Below the pieces are notes generated by a model. The model was not told where the DNA came from and did not search any database. It saw only the letters and a list, made by a program, of their open reading frames with translations. Of a stretch of 64,000 nucleotides of DNA, positions 39,761-49,091 are shown one piece after another. Location of the stretch: NCBI GenBank assembly GCA_038231435.1, contig JBBRLJ010000008.1, positions 32,001-96,000 of the forward strand, given 5' to 3'. The position numbers and the translations under genes are program-made. This DNA comes from Planctomycetota bacterium (lineage in GTDB: Bacteria; Planctomycetota; UBA11346). Position 1 is the stretch's first letter. Every line of letters begins with the position of its first letter.

Positions 39761-40095
39761 ACCGGCATTCAGCCCAGATCCCGCGTCCGACGGCTCCGTC
39801 GGCGCTTTCGGCGACAGCTTCGTGCACCGAGCGCCTCAAGGTCCTCGCCGACGCCACGCGGCTCGAGGTGGTGCGGCGGCTGTCGGACGGTCCGTGCCAT
39901 GTCGGCGCGCTCTCCGAAGCCGCGGGCATTGAACAGAGCCTGATGTCTCACCATCTGAAGGTGCTGCGCGACGTCGGCATGGTCGAGGCTGTCCGCGATG
40001 GCAAGTCGGTGCTGTACCGGCTCCCCGCCGGAACCGTCAGCCGGAGTGCGAACGTCATCAAGCTCGGCTGTTGCGACATCGCCTTCCACGATTGA
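39757..40095 (+). CDS. ArsR/SmtB regulator with C-terminal Cys-Cys
   Basis: LKVLADATRLEVV, EQSLMSHHLKVLR, RDGKSVLY, KLGCCDIAF. Confidence 0.9.
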   Translation: MNRHSAQIPRPTAPSALSATASCTERLKVLADATRLEVVRRLSDGPCHVGALSEAAGIEQSLMSHHLKVLRDVGMVEAVRDGKSVLYRLPAGTVSRSANVIKLGCCDIAFHD

Positions 40096-40122
40096 ACCCC
40101 CAGCCCGAGCCCGAGGAACCCC

Positions 40123-41256
40123 ATGCCTGCCACCCGCCCTAGTCCCGCCGTCAAGCCGGTACGCGCGGTCAACATCAAGGAAACTGCAAAGGCCATCGCA
40201 AAGGAGCGAATCGCAAAGGAGGACATCGCCAAAACCCTCGCGAAATTCGTGCGCCTCGGCCTGTTGACCCGCGCGGACGTCGACGAGTGCCTGCGCATGT
40301 TCGCCGCGGATTTCCCCTTCGCCGTGCAGCTCGCGTTGGCCGACACCATCCATCTGCACGTCAAGGTCGACGACGTGGCGGCACTGCCACACGCCGCGAT
40401 CGAGGCGCTCGGCACGCGCGCCGAGAATCACAAGCCGGGCTACGTGAAGTATCCGTTCGCCAGCGGAGTGAACCTGATCTTCTCATCGATCGATGTGGCG
40501 CAAGACGATCAGATCCCCGGGCTGCCCAAGCGCCCCAAGCCATTCCTCGATCACCTCGGCATCGATCTGCGCGGCGAGCAGCCGCGGGTGCGCCGCGTCT
40601 TCGACGGTGTCGCGGTCGTCGCGGCCAAGCTGCGGTGGGGGCTGGCGTCGCAGGGCGGAAATGGCAAGGCGGTGTTCTGTTGCCACGTGCAGGTCGCCGA
40701 GAAACGCTGGGTCTATCCGACTCTCGGCGGCATCTGCACCAGCCCGATCGAGTTCGCCTTCGGCCCGCTGATCATCGATACGTCGAAGATGGGCTGCGAT
40801 CTTCGCCCGATCGATCCCAATCATCCGGCCGCCGCGCAGGCGGTCTCGTGCTGCGCCGATCCGGATGCCGCTAGCGGGCATGCGGCCGCTTCTCCCGCCG
40901 CTTCTTCCGCCACGACGAATGCCTATTACGATGCTCGCGATCTGGCGCGCTTCGGCGACATGGGCGCGTTCGCCGCGCCGCTGATGGCCAAGTTCTTCGA
41001 CTACTACAACGCCGTCACCGGTGCGGACGGCGCGCTGACCAAGCGCGAGAAGGCGCTGATCGCCCTGGCCGTCGCCCACTCCAAGCAGTGCCCGTACTGC
41101 ATCGACGCCTACACCTCGCAATGCCTCGCCACCGGATCTACTCCGGACCAGATGCACGAGGCGGTGCATGTCGCGGCCGCGCTCGGCGCCGGCATCGACC
41201 TCGTCCACGGCGTGCAGATGCAGAAGGCGCTGCGCGCGAAGGGGGCGATCGCCTGA
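40123..41256 (+). CDS. Fusion of an unknown Cys-rich N-terminal domain and an AhpD/CMD domain resembling the arsenosugar-associated peroxidase-like family
   Basis: C-terminal YYDARDLARF...KFFDYY...GALTKREKALIALAVAH..QCPYCIDAY...EAVHVAAA...LVHGVQM; N-terminal HLHVKV, DHLGIDLR, FCCH, GCDLRP, SCC. Confidence 0.8.
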   Translation: MPATRPSPAVKPVRAVNIKETAKAIAKERIAKEDIAKTLAKFVRLGLLTRADVDECLRMFAADFPFAVQLALADTIHLHVKVDDVAALPHAAIEALGTRAENHKPGYVKYPFASGVNLIFSSIDVAQDDQIPGLPKRPKPFLDHLGIDLRGEQPRVRRVFDGVAVVAAKLRWGLASQGGNGKAVFCCHVQVAEKRWVYPTLGGICTSPIEFAFGPLIIDTSKMGCDLRPIDPNHPAAAQAVSCCADPDAASGHAAASPAASSATTNAYYDARDLARFGDMGAFAAPLMAKFFDYYNAVTGADGALTKREKALIALAVAHSKQCPYCIDAYTSQCLATGSTPDQMHEAVHVAAALGAGIDLVHGVQMQKALRAKGAIA

Positions 41257-41294
41257 TCGCCTGAGCGATCGGGCCGCTCGCGATCGCAGGTTCT

Positions 41295-42074
41295 TCAGTG
41301 GACGTCGAGCCTGGCGCTGGCCGAGGAGCGGCTCGCCACCGTCAGCGGCAGCCCATCACCATAGCGCGCGCGGTGGGTCGCGAGCGCGACCTCGGGCGCG
41401 TTGCTGTTCGCCGAGAGGTGGGCGAGGCAGGCCCAACGCAGCTTCTTGCCGTGCCTGGCGATCAGCTCGGCCGATTCGTCGTTCGAGATGTGCCCGCCAG
41501 GCCCGGAGATGCGGCGTTTGAGGAAGGCGGGGTAGTCTCCGTCGGCGAGCATCCCTGCATCGTAATTGCTCTCCAGGTAGACCGCGTCGAGGGTCTCGAC
41601 GATCGAGCCGAGACCCGGGAAGACGTGGCCGAAATCGGTCATGATGCCCACGCGGTGCTTGCCGTCGTCGACCACGAAGATCACGCCGTCGGCGGCATCG
41701 TGGGGCGTGCGGATGGTTTCGACGGTCAGCGAACCGAGCAGCGACTCGAAGCGTAGGGTGGCGCCCGACGCGAAATGCCGCCAGGCTCCATCGTCACCGC
41801 CGCGCTCGGCGAGGCGCGACGCGTGCCAGGTGGGCTCGGTGATGTGCACCGGCAGGCCGAAACGCCGCGCGAGCGCCCCGGCGCCACCGACGTGATCGGA
41901 ATGGTCGTGCGAGATGATCACCGCGTCGACGCCTTCGAGGCCGTAGCCGTGCTCGGCGAGGCGCTGCTTGGCCTTCGTGCCACTGATGCCGGCGTCGAAG
42001 AGCAGGCGCACGCCGTTGCCCTCGACGTGGATGCAATTGCCGGCGCTGCCGGACTGGAGCGGAAGAACCTGCAT
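41295..42074 (-). CDS. MBL-fold metallo-hydrolase (YycJ/WalJ-like)
   Basis: LQSGSAGN, DAG, SHDHSDH, PHDA, LESNYD, GHISN, LAHLS..SN. Confidence 0.92.
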   Translation of the reverse strand: MQVLPLQSGSAGNCIHVEGNGVRLLFDAGISGTKAKQRLAEHGYGLEGVDAVIISHDHSDHVGGAGALARRFGLPVHITEPTWHASRLAERGGDDGAWRHFASGATLRFESLLGSLTVETIRTPHDAADGVIFVVDDGKHRVGIMTDFGHVFPGLGSIVETLDAVYLESNYDAGMLADGDYPAFLKRRISGPGGHISNDESAELIARHGKKLRWACLAHLSANSNAPEVALATHRARYGDGLPLTVASRSSASARLDVH

Positions 42075-42122
42075 CGCCGCATGCTGGCGGCGGCGCCGGG
42101 CGATCAATCAAAGTGGCCTATT

Positions 42123-42206
42123 GCCCAAGTGGCGGATGCGGTGGACACAGCGGATTCAAAATCCGCCATCCTCACGGATTTTTGGGTTCGAGTCCCACCT
42201 CGGGAA
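42123..42206 (+). tRNA. Degenerate or pseudo tRNA-Leu (anticodon CAA)
   Basis: Anticodon arm GCGGA-TTCAAAA-TCCGC (CAA at 42157-42159), variable arm ATCC-TCAC-GGAT, GGTTCGAGTCC T-loop. Mismatches in the acceptor (2), D (1) and T (1) stems; no CCA. Confidence 0.75.
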
Positions 42207-42301
42207 GGTGGTTGCAACAATAACGCAACGATACCGGTCTAATTCCGATTTTTCAAGTGAGAGGAGGAAACTCCCAGCGCTCCCAGCGCTACGAAATCCC
42301 G

Positions 42302-43816
42302 TCATTTCCATCGCCCACGAGCACGAAGCATCAAGAGCATCAGCATTGTAAGAACAGCTCCCTGTCCGCTAGTTCCACAGAAGAAATTCTTTTTCTCATC
42401 TTGGGAACCTGGAACGCCTGTCGCAGTGCCGGATGATGTCGTGGATGCAGTGCTCGACCCGATGGGTGTTCCCGACCCGCTCGTAGTCGATGTCGCGGTG
42501 GAGGTCCCTCCAATCGCTGGCGGCATGATCTGGATGGTTCCGCCCGGAGTGCCATTGCTTGCCCACAACTGGTCGTAGGTGTTCCAGGTGGCATAATGAG
42601 TGGCGAGGGCCTTCCCATTCACCGCGCCCACCGCCACCGGGTCGGACACCGCCGTGGTCACGGCCACCGTGCCAGCAGTGGTTCCATCTGTGCGCCAGAG
42701 TTCGCTGACGCCGCCGACTAGAGTGGTGAAGTAGAGTTGGTTGCCGACGGGCATATGAAGGCCCCCGGTTTGCATGGGCACGATTGACGTGCCGGCGGGG
42801 GTGCCGTCGCTGACCCCGATTTGTCGCACGGACGAGCCGGGGACATCTACATCAGTGAAGGCGCGGCCAGCTACGTCAGAAAAAAATCCGGGCGCTGACA
42901 TTGCGGTGGAGGTCAAGGTGGGGGCGGCCAGGGAAGCGTCGCTTACGTAGATGCCGTTGGTGTACGCCCCGGTCGTTCCACGGGTGAATATCTTGCCGTT
43001 GATGCCAGTATTGAAATCAGCGGAAGTTACTCCTCCGGGCATGGCCGCCGTACCCGCGGCGGTGCCGTCGCTGGACCACAGGAAGCTGCCGCTGTTCACT
43101 GAAGCGTAGAAGCAGCGATCACCGATCGCTCCAAGAGCGATCGGTTGGTTGCCGGCGCCACCTGTAGGTAGGACCGCATGCGTGCCGACGGCCGTCCCAT
43201 CGCTCACCCACAGGCGATTGCCCACCGGGTCTGTCGCATTGAAAAACAGCAGGGTGGTGCCGCCGCAGAAGGAGTGGTGCCAGTTGTAGTCAAACTCGTC
43301 AGTCGTCGTCGACGGTAGGGGATCGGCGAGAGCGACGGTCCCTGAGGCGGTACCGTCGCTTCTCCACAGTCGCCACCCAATGCCAGTGGTAAACGCGGCG
43401 AAGAACACAGCGTTGCCCACGACGGTGATGTGATGTGGATTCGATGAGCCCGCCCCCGGCGAGATGTCGGCGACAAGATGCGTCCCTACGCTGGTGCCAT
43501 CGCTGACCCAGAGTTCGCGCCCTGCGACGGAGTCGTTGGCGCTGAAGAAGATGTTACTGCCCGCAGCCACCAATTTCTGCGGCGAGCTGCCGGTGGCTCC
43601 AGCAACGATGTCGTACACCAACTGGGTGCCGGCGGCCGTGCCGTCAGTCCGCCAGAGTTCCTGTCCTTGGCCAGGGGTGGTGCCTGGGAAGTACGCGAAA
43701 CCGCCGGCGGTTGCGACGTTGTATCTAAGATTTCTCGGATCCGCATCCTCGATGGCCGCATGTGCTGACGCTTGGAGGAACAGACAGGCAGCAACGGTCC
43801 ATGGTTTCATGCTCAT
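42302..43816 (-). CDS. Secreted ELWxxDGT-repeat protein with Ser/Thr linker and C-terminal Cys-Gly/TM/Arg tail
   Basis: Repeated ELWRTDGTAAGT / LWVSDGT units; signal peptide; more A/T at third codon positions than neighbouring genes. Confidence 0.9.
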   Translation of the reverse strand: MSMKPWTVAACLFLQASAHAAIEDADPRNLRYNVATAGGFAYFPGTTPGQGQELWRTDGTAAGTQLVYDIVAGATGSSPQKLVAAGSNIFFSANDSVAGRELWVSDGTSVGTHLVADISPGAGSSNPHHITVVGNAVFFAAFTTGIGWRLWRSDGTASGTVALADPLPSTTTDEFDYNWHHSFCGGTTLLFFNATDPVGNRLWVSDGTAVGTHAVLPTGGAGNQPIALGAIGDRCFYASVNSGSFLWSSDGTAAGTAAMPGGVTSADFNTGINGKIFTRGTTGAYTNGIYVSDASLAAPTLTSTAMSAPGFFSDVAGRAFTDVDVPGSSVRQIGVSDGTPAGTSIVPMQTGGLHMPVGNQLYFTTLVGGVSELWRTDGTTAGTVAVTTAVSDPVAVGAVNGKALATHYATWNTYDQLWASNGTPGGTIQIMPPAIGGTSTATSTTSGSGTPIGSSTASTTSSGTATGVPGSQDEKKNFFCGTSGQGAVLTMLMLLMLRARGRWK

Positions 43817-44197
43817 GATATAACACTACTACCATAGGTTAACAGAATTCGTGTGTGTAGACTTAAAAACAGCCAACCCTTCATCCACGTAACCGAATAG
43901 ATTTATTTCTCTGAATTTTGCAGACCCCTGAACCCGACAGATGTCGGCAGCGGGCTCGGCGCATTTCCGTAGGGCCATCGGGCGGGCATGCACCGCACAG
44001 AGCGCCGGCCGGCTGCTCGTGTCCATGGATCGCCAAGGGGACTAGCGGCAATGCCTTCTAGGCGACGATAACATCGCTGTGATGGCGGCGGACGGTGCCG
44101 GGGATCGAGGCGGTGGGCACAGATGTGCCTGACTGATTTCGGAGTGACGCCTATTCCCGGAGGAGCGTCCTCCGAGGAAAGGTCCATATTGACCCAT

Positions 44198-45325
44198 ATG
44201 CCCGACGCCCATGCTGGGAGCGTGCCCCATCCTGCTTTCCCACGTGTTTTACCGCCTATCCCATCGCCAGCCCGTCCCGAGGGCTTCAAGGGTCGTGGTG
44301 CCTCGGCCAATCCGCCCAATCGCTTCATGCCGCTGTGGAACGAGCCGGACAGCGAGTGGGTGCACGCCGAGGATCCCGCGCCCTCGACGCGCTTCCTGCG
44401 CGACGACACCCAGTCGATCATCACCCACAACGACAGTCCCGACGTCGGCTTCGACTCCAGCTTCAATCCCTACCGTGGCTGCGAGCACGGCTGCATCTAC
44501 TGCTACGCGCGGCCGACCCACGAATACCTGGGGATGTCGGCCGGGCTCGATTTCGAATCGGTGATCCTGGTGAAGGAGCGCGCGCCCGAACTCCTACGGC
44601 GCGAGCTGTCATCGCCGGGCTGGCGGCCGCGCGTGCTTGCTGCGAGCGGCGTGACGGATCTCTACCAGCCGGTCGAGCGCCGGCTGAGCCTGACCCGGCG
44701 CTGCCTGCAGGTGCTCGCCGAGTTCCGCAATCCGGTCTCGGTCATCACCAAGAACCATCTCGTCACCCGCGACGCCGACATCCTCGCCGAGCTCGCGCGC
44801 GCGGAAGCCGCCTGCGTCACCATCTCGGTGACCACGCTCGACCGTCAGCTCGCCCAGACCATGGAGCCGCGCGCGTCGGTGCCCGAGGCGCGCATCGCCG
44901 CCATCCGTGCGCTCGCTCGGGCCGGGGTCCCGGTCGGCGTCAACATCATGCCGGTGATCCCCGGGCTCACCGATCACGAGATCCCGGCGATCCTCGCCGC
45001 CTGCGCCGACGCCGGAGCGACGTACGCAGGCATGGGCCTGGTGCGCCTGCCGCTCGCAGTCGCGCCGCTGTTCGAGCAGTGGTTGACCGAGCACGCGCCG
45101 ACCAAGAAGGACAAGGTGCTCAATCGCATCCGCGAGGTGCGCGGCGGCGGGCTGAACGATCCGCGCTTCGGTTCGCGCATGAGCGGTGAAGGCCTCTACG
45201 CGCGCCAGATCGCCGATCTGTTCGCGGTATCGCGGCGCAAGGCTGGCATCGCCGAGCACGGCCCGGAACTGTCCGCAGCCTCGTTCCGACCGCCGTTCGG
45301 CGTGCAGGAGACGATCTTCGGCTGA
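44198..45325 (+). CDS. PA0069/Rv2578c family radical SAM protein (spore photoproduct lyase-like)
   Basis: KGRGA..NP.NRF, SFNPYRGCEHGCIYCYARPTHEYLG, TDLYQP, ITK, MEPRA, RMSGEG. Confidence 0.93.
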   Translation: MPDAHAGSVPHPAFPRVLPPIPSPARPEGFKGRGASANPPNRFMPLWNEPDSEWVHAEDPAPSTRFLRDDTQSIITHNDSPDVGFDSSFNPYRGCEHGCIYCYARPTHEYLGMSAGLDFESVILVKERAPELLRRELSSPGWRPRVLAASGVTDLYQPVERRLSLTRRCLQVLAEFRNPVSVITKNHLVTRDADILAELARAEAACVTISVTTLDRQLAQTMEPRASVPEARIAAIRALARAGVPVGVNIMPVIPGLTDHEIPAILAACADAGATYAGMGLVRLPLAVAPLFEQWLTEHAPTKKDKVLNRIREVRGGGLNDPRFGSRMSGEGLYARQIADLFAVSRRKAGIAEHGPELSAASFRPPFGVQETIFG

Positions 45326-45344
45326 CGCTCCGGGCGCCAATCCC

Positions 45345-46571
45345 CTAGGTGCGCGCTTCGGGCCGCCGCGGCGCCAGCGGTCGTCGCATCTCGGCATCGG
45401 GCTGATCCGCGACGTGGATCGCGGCCGGATCCGCGGCGAGCCAGGTATCCGCGGCGATGATCCGGCCTGGAGCGACCAGGCTGCCACCCAGGGTCTTGGC
45501 GCCGGATTTGAGCACGCAGCCGAGGAAGCGCCCGCGATACAGGCGCGGGCCATCGGGCGTAGCGACGCGGATCGGCCGGCCATCGGGCCGGTAATCCATC
45601 AGGATGGTGGCGAAGGCCGACGAGCGGGATTCGAACTGCGAGAACTGGTATGGCCCGTGGATGAGGAACACCTGCTCCTCGACGTGGCAGCGGTAGAGCA
45701 CGAGATCGTGCATCAGCCACGAGCCCTCGCCGATGGTCGAATACTCGGCCTTGGCTCCGTCGTGCAGACGCGCGCCGGCGGCGACATGGCTGAAGCGCAC
45801 CACGCAGTGCGCTCCGATGCGCGCTCCCGCGCCGATCACGCTGCCTTCGATCACCGCGGTCGGATGTACCTGGGCGCTGCGATGGATGCCGGCGAACGCC
45901 AGCGCCGCGCGCATCCGCCAAGGCACGCCCTGGCGTGGAGCGAGCGCGCCGAGCAGCGCCAACGGGCTGCGCCGTACGCGCCGACTGATATCGCCGAGCA
46001 CGGCGATCTGATTCGCGAACAGCAGGTCGAAATCCGAGCGGTACGACAGCAGCAGGGCTTCCGGGATGGTGGAGATCCCCGGCGCGGTCAGCGACTCCGG
46101 GAAGGGGACCCAGGTCTGGTGGGCGGGCAGCGGCAGGATCAAGTCGCCCTCGGGGGCGGTTTCCGGACCGGCATCCTCGCGCCTGGCGAGGATCGGCAGC
46201 GGGATGCGGCGCGCGGGCTCGGCCTCGTCCTGCGCGGAGTCGTGCAGCGAATCGTGCGGCGACTCGTGCAACGACTCGTGCAACGAATAGTAATCGGCGT
46301 GGGTGCGTGGGTCGGGTTCTAGCACCACGCGCAACGCGCGCTCGCCGCCGCGATGCGCCTCGAGCGCGGCGGCGATCAGCCCCAGGCCCTCGCGGTCGAA
46401 GAGCAGGTCGGCGCCGAGATCGATCGCCCACGTGTCTGCACGTGCCGCTGCCCGAGTTGCGCCGTTCGCCGCGATCAGCTCCGTAGCGAGGAATTCCGCG
46501 ACCGGTCGCGTCACCAGCTGTCTGCCGCGCAGCGCCGCGGGCGGTCCGCCGTGCCGGAAAACCACTGCCAT
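45345..46571 (-). CDS. Left-handed beta-helix (hexapeptide repeat) transferase-like protein
   Basis: Start MAVVFRHG overlaps the desaturase stop; IHRSAQVHPTAVIEGSVIGAGARIGAHCVVRFSHVAAGARL hexapeptide repeats. Confidence 0.72.
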   Translation of the reverse strand: MAVVFRHGGPPAALRGRQLVTRPVAEFLATELIAANGATRAAARADTWAIDLGADLLFDREGLGLIAAALEAHRGGERALRVVLEPDPRTHADYYSLHESLHESPHDSLHDSAQDEAEPARRIPLPILARREDAGPETAPEGDLILPLPAHQTWVPFPESLTAPGISTIPEALLLSYRSDFDLLFANQIAVLGDISRRVRRSPLALLGALAPRQGVPWRMRAALAFAGIHRSAQVHPTAVIEGSVIGAGARIGAHCVVRFSHVAAGARLHDGAKAEYSTIGEGSWLMHDLVLYRCHVEEQVFLIHGPYQFSQFESRSSAFATILMDYRPDGRPIRVATPDGPRLYRGRFLGCVLKSGAKTLGGSLVAPGRIIAADTWLAADPAAIHVADQPDAEMRRPLAPRRPEART

Positions 46572-47401
46572 CAGGCCACGTTCAGCACGTGCGGGCGCCG
46601 CGCCCGCGGCGCCTGCGCGGCTGGCGCGAGCGCATGCCACGGGATCTCCGGCGCCTGGTGGTGTTCCCAGTGCAGGCCGTTGTTGGCGAGCATGCGGTTG
46701 TAGATCCGGTTCGGATAGCTGGTGGCCTGGGGCGCGGTGTGCAGCGAGGCCTCCGTCGCTGATGCCGCAGCCGCCGTTGCCGCCGAGGTAGGCGGCGGAT
46801 GCTGTCCGTAGTTGTGCGCGCTGACCAGCGCCCAGCCGACATAGATCAGCGCCAGGTACATCGCCAGGATCGCCGGCGCGACGGCGGCGAGCGCCACCAG
46901 CGTCGCGACCAGCATCAGCTTCTGCGCCGCGATCAGCCGGCGCGTCGACACGGCGACCTCGCCCGCGCGCGCGTCGCGCCGGATCGCGCGCATGGCCTGG
47001 GCGAGCTGGATGGGCCAGCCGAGGGCGTAGGCGAGCGGATGCCGGCGGCGCGGGCCGCTCGCGGTGGCGCGCCAGGTGCACGAATAATCGTCGAGGCCGT
47101 TGCCCGCGCGGTGGTGGTTGTGGTGGTGCAGGCGGTAGCCGTCGAAGGGCATGCCGATCAGCAACGTGATCGGCGCCGACAGCCCGGCCATCGCCCACGA
47201 TCGTCCGTGGTGCACGCACTCGTGGAAGGCGATGTGCACCGAGAAGTTCAGCGCCAGCGCGGCGAGCGCGAGCCAGGCCGCTGCCGCAAGTGGCGCTTCG
47301 TGGAACGTCCAGCACGCGGCCGCGAACGCAGCGGCCTCGACCAGCGGGATCACCATCAGCGGGGCGAGCCGGCGCCAGGCATGGGATGGCGGAAGGGGCA
47401 T
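46571..47401 (-). CDS. Membrane fatty acid desaturase family protein
   Basis: Three His boxes HECVH, HHHNHH and HWEHH; TM helices. Confidence 0.88.
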   Translation of the reverse strand: MPLPPSHAWRRLAPLMVIPLVEAAAFAAACWTFHEAPLAAAAWLALAALALNFSVHIAFHECVHHGRSWAMAGLSAPITLLIGMPFDGYRLHHHNHHRAGNGLDDYSCTWRATASGPRRRHPLAYALGWPIQLAQAMRAIRRDARAGEVAVSTRRLIAAQKLMLVATLVALAAVAPAILAMYLALIYVGWALVSAHNYGQHPPPTSAATAAAASATEASLHTAPQATSYPNRIYNRMLANNGLHWEHHQAPEIPWHALAPAAQAPRARRPHVLNVA

Positions 47402-47498
47402 CGTAGCGTCGGGGATCACGCGCGCAGGTTGCGTCCGCCACGGTGAATTCAACTAGGCAACCGCCACTGGTGGTCCACGATCCGCGCCAGGAGCGGCC

Positions 47499-48125
47499 AT
47501 GGTCCACGAGCGGGATCCCGAACGGGCGATGTTCCGCGCGCTGGCCATGCACGGCGAAATGCGCGCCAATCTGCTGCGCCTCGCCGCGGTGTGCGTGTTC
47601 TATCTCATCGAACTGGTCGATTTCCACGGGCTGCCGCTCTTCGGCATCGCGCCCGCCGCCGGCATGACACCGGTGTTCCATCAGCTGGCCACGGGCCTGG
47701 CGGTGGCGTGGAGCTTCACCGCGTTCGCGATCTGGCTGTGCCTGAGTCATCACCGGTTCAACGCGGCGATGAAGTTCACGGCGACCGCCGCCGATCTGTT
47801 CCTGCTGACCATGCTGCTCCTGGCCGCGAATGGCCCGTCCAGCCCGCTGTGTATCGTCTACGCGCTGATCATCGCCGCGTCGGCGTTGCGCTTCAGCCTG
47901 GCGCTGCTGTGGATGGCCACCGCTGGGGCTGTGTTCGGGTACCTGGTGCTGGTCGCTGACGCCCATTGGCACCACCCCGAGCATCAGGTCCCCCACCATC
48001 ACCTGGTCATCGTCATCGCCGCACTGGTGTTGCTCGGGGTGATCGTGGGCCAGATCCTGCGTACCGCGCGCGGAGCGTTGAAGAGCGTGATCGCGCCCGC
48101 GCCCAGCGTCGGCGGTGGGCCATGA
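47499..48125 (+). CDS. Hypothetical polytopic membrane protein
   Basis: AGGAG RBS; five to six hydrophobic helices; first gene of a coupled four-gene unit. Confidence 0.75.
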   Translation: MVHERDPERAMFRALAMHGEMRANLLRLAAVCVFYLIELVDFHGLPLFGIAPAAGMTPVFHQLATGLAVAWSFTAFAIWLCLSHHRFNAAMKFTATAADLFLLTMLLLAANGPSSPLCIVYALIIAASALRFSLALLWMATAGAVFGYLVLVADAHWHHPEHQVPHHHLVIVIAALVLLGVIVGQILRTARGALKSVIAPAPSVGGGP

Positions 48126-48604
48126 CGCACACGCCGGCCGCACTATCGCCGCCGCCATCGCCGCCGCCATCGCCGACACCACGGATCTGCCCGGACTGCG
48201 GCAATGACGAGCACGAGCCGTCCGCCGACGCCTGCTGGGTGTGCGATTGTCCGCTCGACGCCGCGCCGGATCCGCAGCGCGCATTCATCAAGGGCATCGT
48301 GCGCTCGGACAAGGTGAAACGCAAAGGCCTGGCCAATGGCTCGGTCGGCATCACCACCATCGTCCTGATCAGCGGTCTCGCGCTGGTGAATCCCATCCTC
48401 GCGGTGGCGATCGCCATCGCGATGGCGATCGCCGCCAAGAACAGACGGAAGAAAGGCAAGATCAAGGACACCTCCTTCATCGGCGTGGTGCTCGGGGTCC
48501 TGCGTGTGTTGACCATCGCGTTTCTTCTCATCGCCGTCGCCGCGGTCGCCGGACTCTTCGTCCTCTACCTCATCTGCATGAGCAGCAGCGGTGGGCACTT
48601 CTGA
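48122..48604 (+). CDS. Zn-ribbon membrane protein with C-terminal TM-Cys tail (paralogue 1)
   Basis: CPDCGNDEHEPSADACWVCDCPL; TM helices; ends FVLYLICMSSSGGHF; ATGA overlap with the upstream gene. Confidence 0.8.
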   Translation: MTHTPAALSPPPSPPPSPTPRICPDCGNDEHEPSADACWVCDCPLDAAPDPQRAFIKGIVRSDKVKRKGLANGSVGITTIVLISGLALVNPILAVAIAIAMAIAAKNRRKKGKIKDTSFIGVVLGVLRVLTIAFLLIAVAAVAGLFVLYLICMSSSGGHF

Positions 48605-48605
48605 G

Positions 48606-49091
48606 ATGTCTACCGGGATGGGAAACGACGGCGGCGCCTCATCCGGATCTCCGGGATCGGTACCGCGACGCATCTGCCCGGACTGCGGCAACGATGAGCA
48701 CCAGCCGGGGGCGGACGCCTGCTGGAAGTGCGACGCTCCGCTGGACGCGGCTCCCGATCCGCAGCGCATCGTCGCGCGCAGCCTGGCGGGATCGAGTCAG
48801 GTCAGGAAGCGGGTGTGGTTCGGGGCCTCGCTGGGAATCATGGCCCTGGCGTTCACGATCGGGGTCTGGCTGCAGAGCATCGCAGCGTCCGGCGCGACCG
48901 CGCTGGTGCTGGCGATCGTGTTCGTGCTCACGCGCAGGCAGTGGGAGGGGGCTCCACTGAGCCGCACCATTGGCCGCATCGCGGGCGTGCTGACCCTGGT
49001 CGTGCTGCTCGCGGCCGCGGCCGCGGCGATCGGCGTCTTCGTGCTCTACCTCATCTGCCTGAGCAACGGCGGGATCCACGGGCACTTCTGA
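48606..49091 (+). CDS. Zn-ribbon membrane protein with C-terminal TM-Cys tail (paralogue 2)
   Basis: CPDCGNDEHQPGADACWKCDAPL; ends FVLYLICLSNGGIHGHF. Confidence 0.8.
   Translation: MSTGMGNDGGASSGSPGSVPRRICPDCGNDEHQPGADACWKCDAPLDAAPDPQRIVARSLAGSSQVRKRVWFGASLGIMALAFTIGVWLQSIAASGATALVLAIVFVLTRRQWEGAPLSRTIGRIAGVLTLVVLLAAAAAAIGVFVLYLICLSNGGIHGHF

Noticed and set aside
42302..43816. Repeated DNA units that might suggest a CRISPR array
   Set aside because: They are degenerate coding repeats (ELWxxDGT); no identical repeats with unique spacers and no cas genes.
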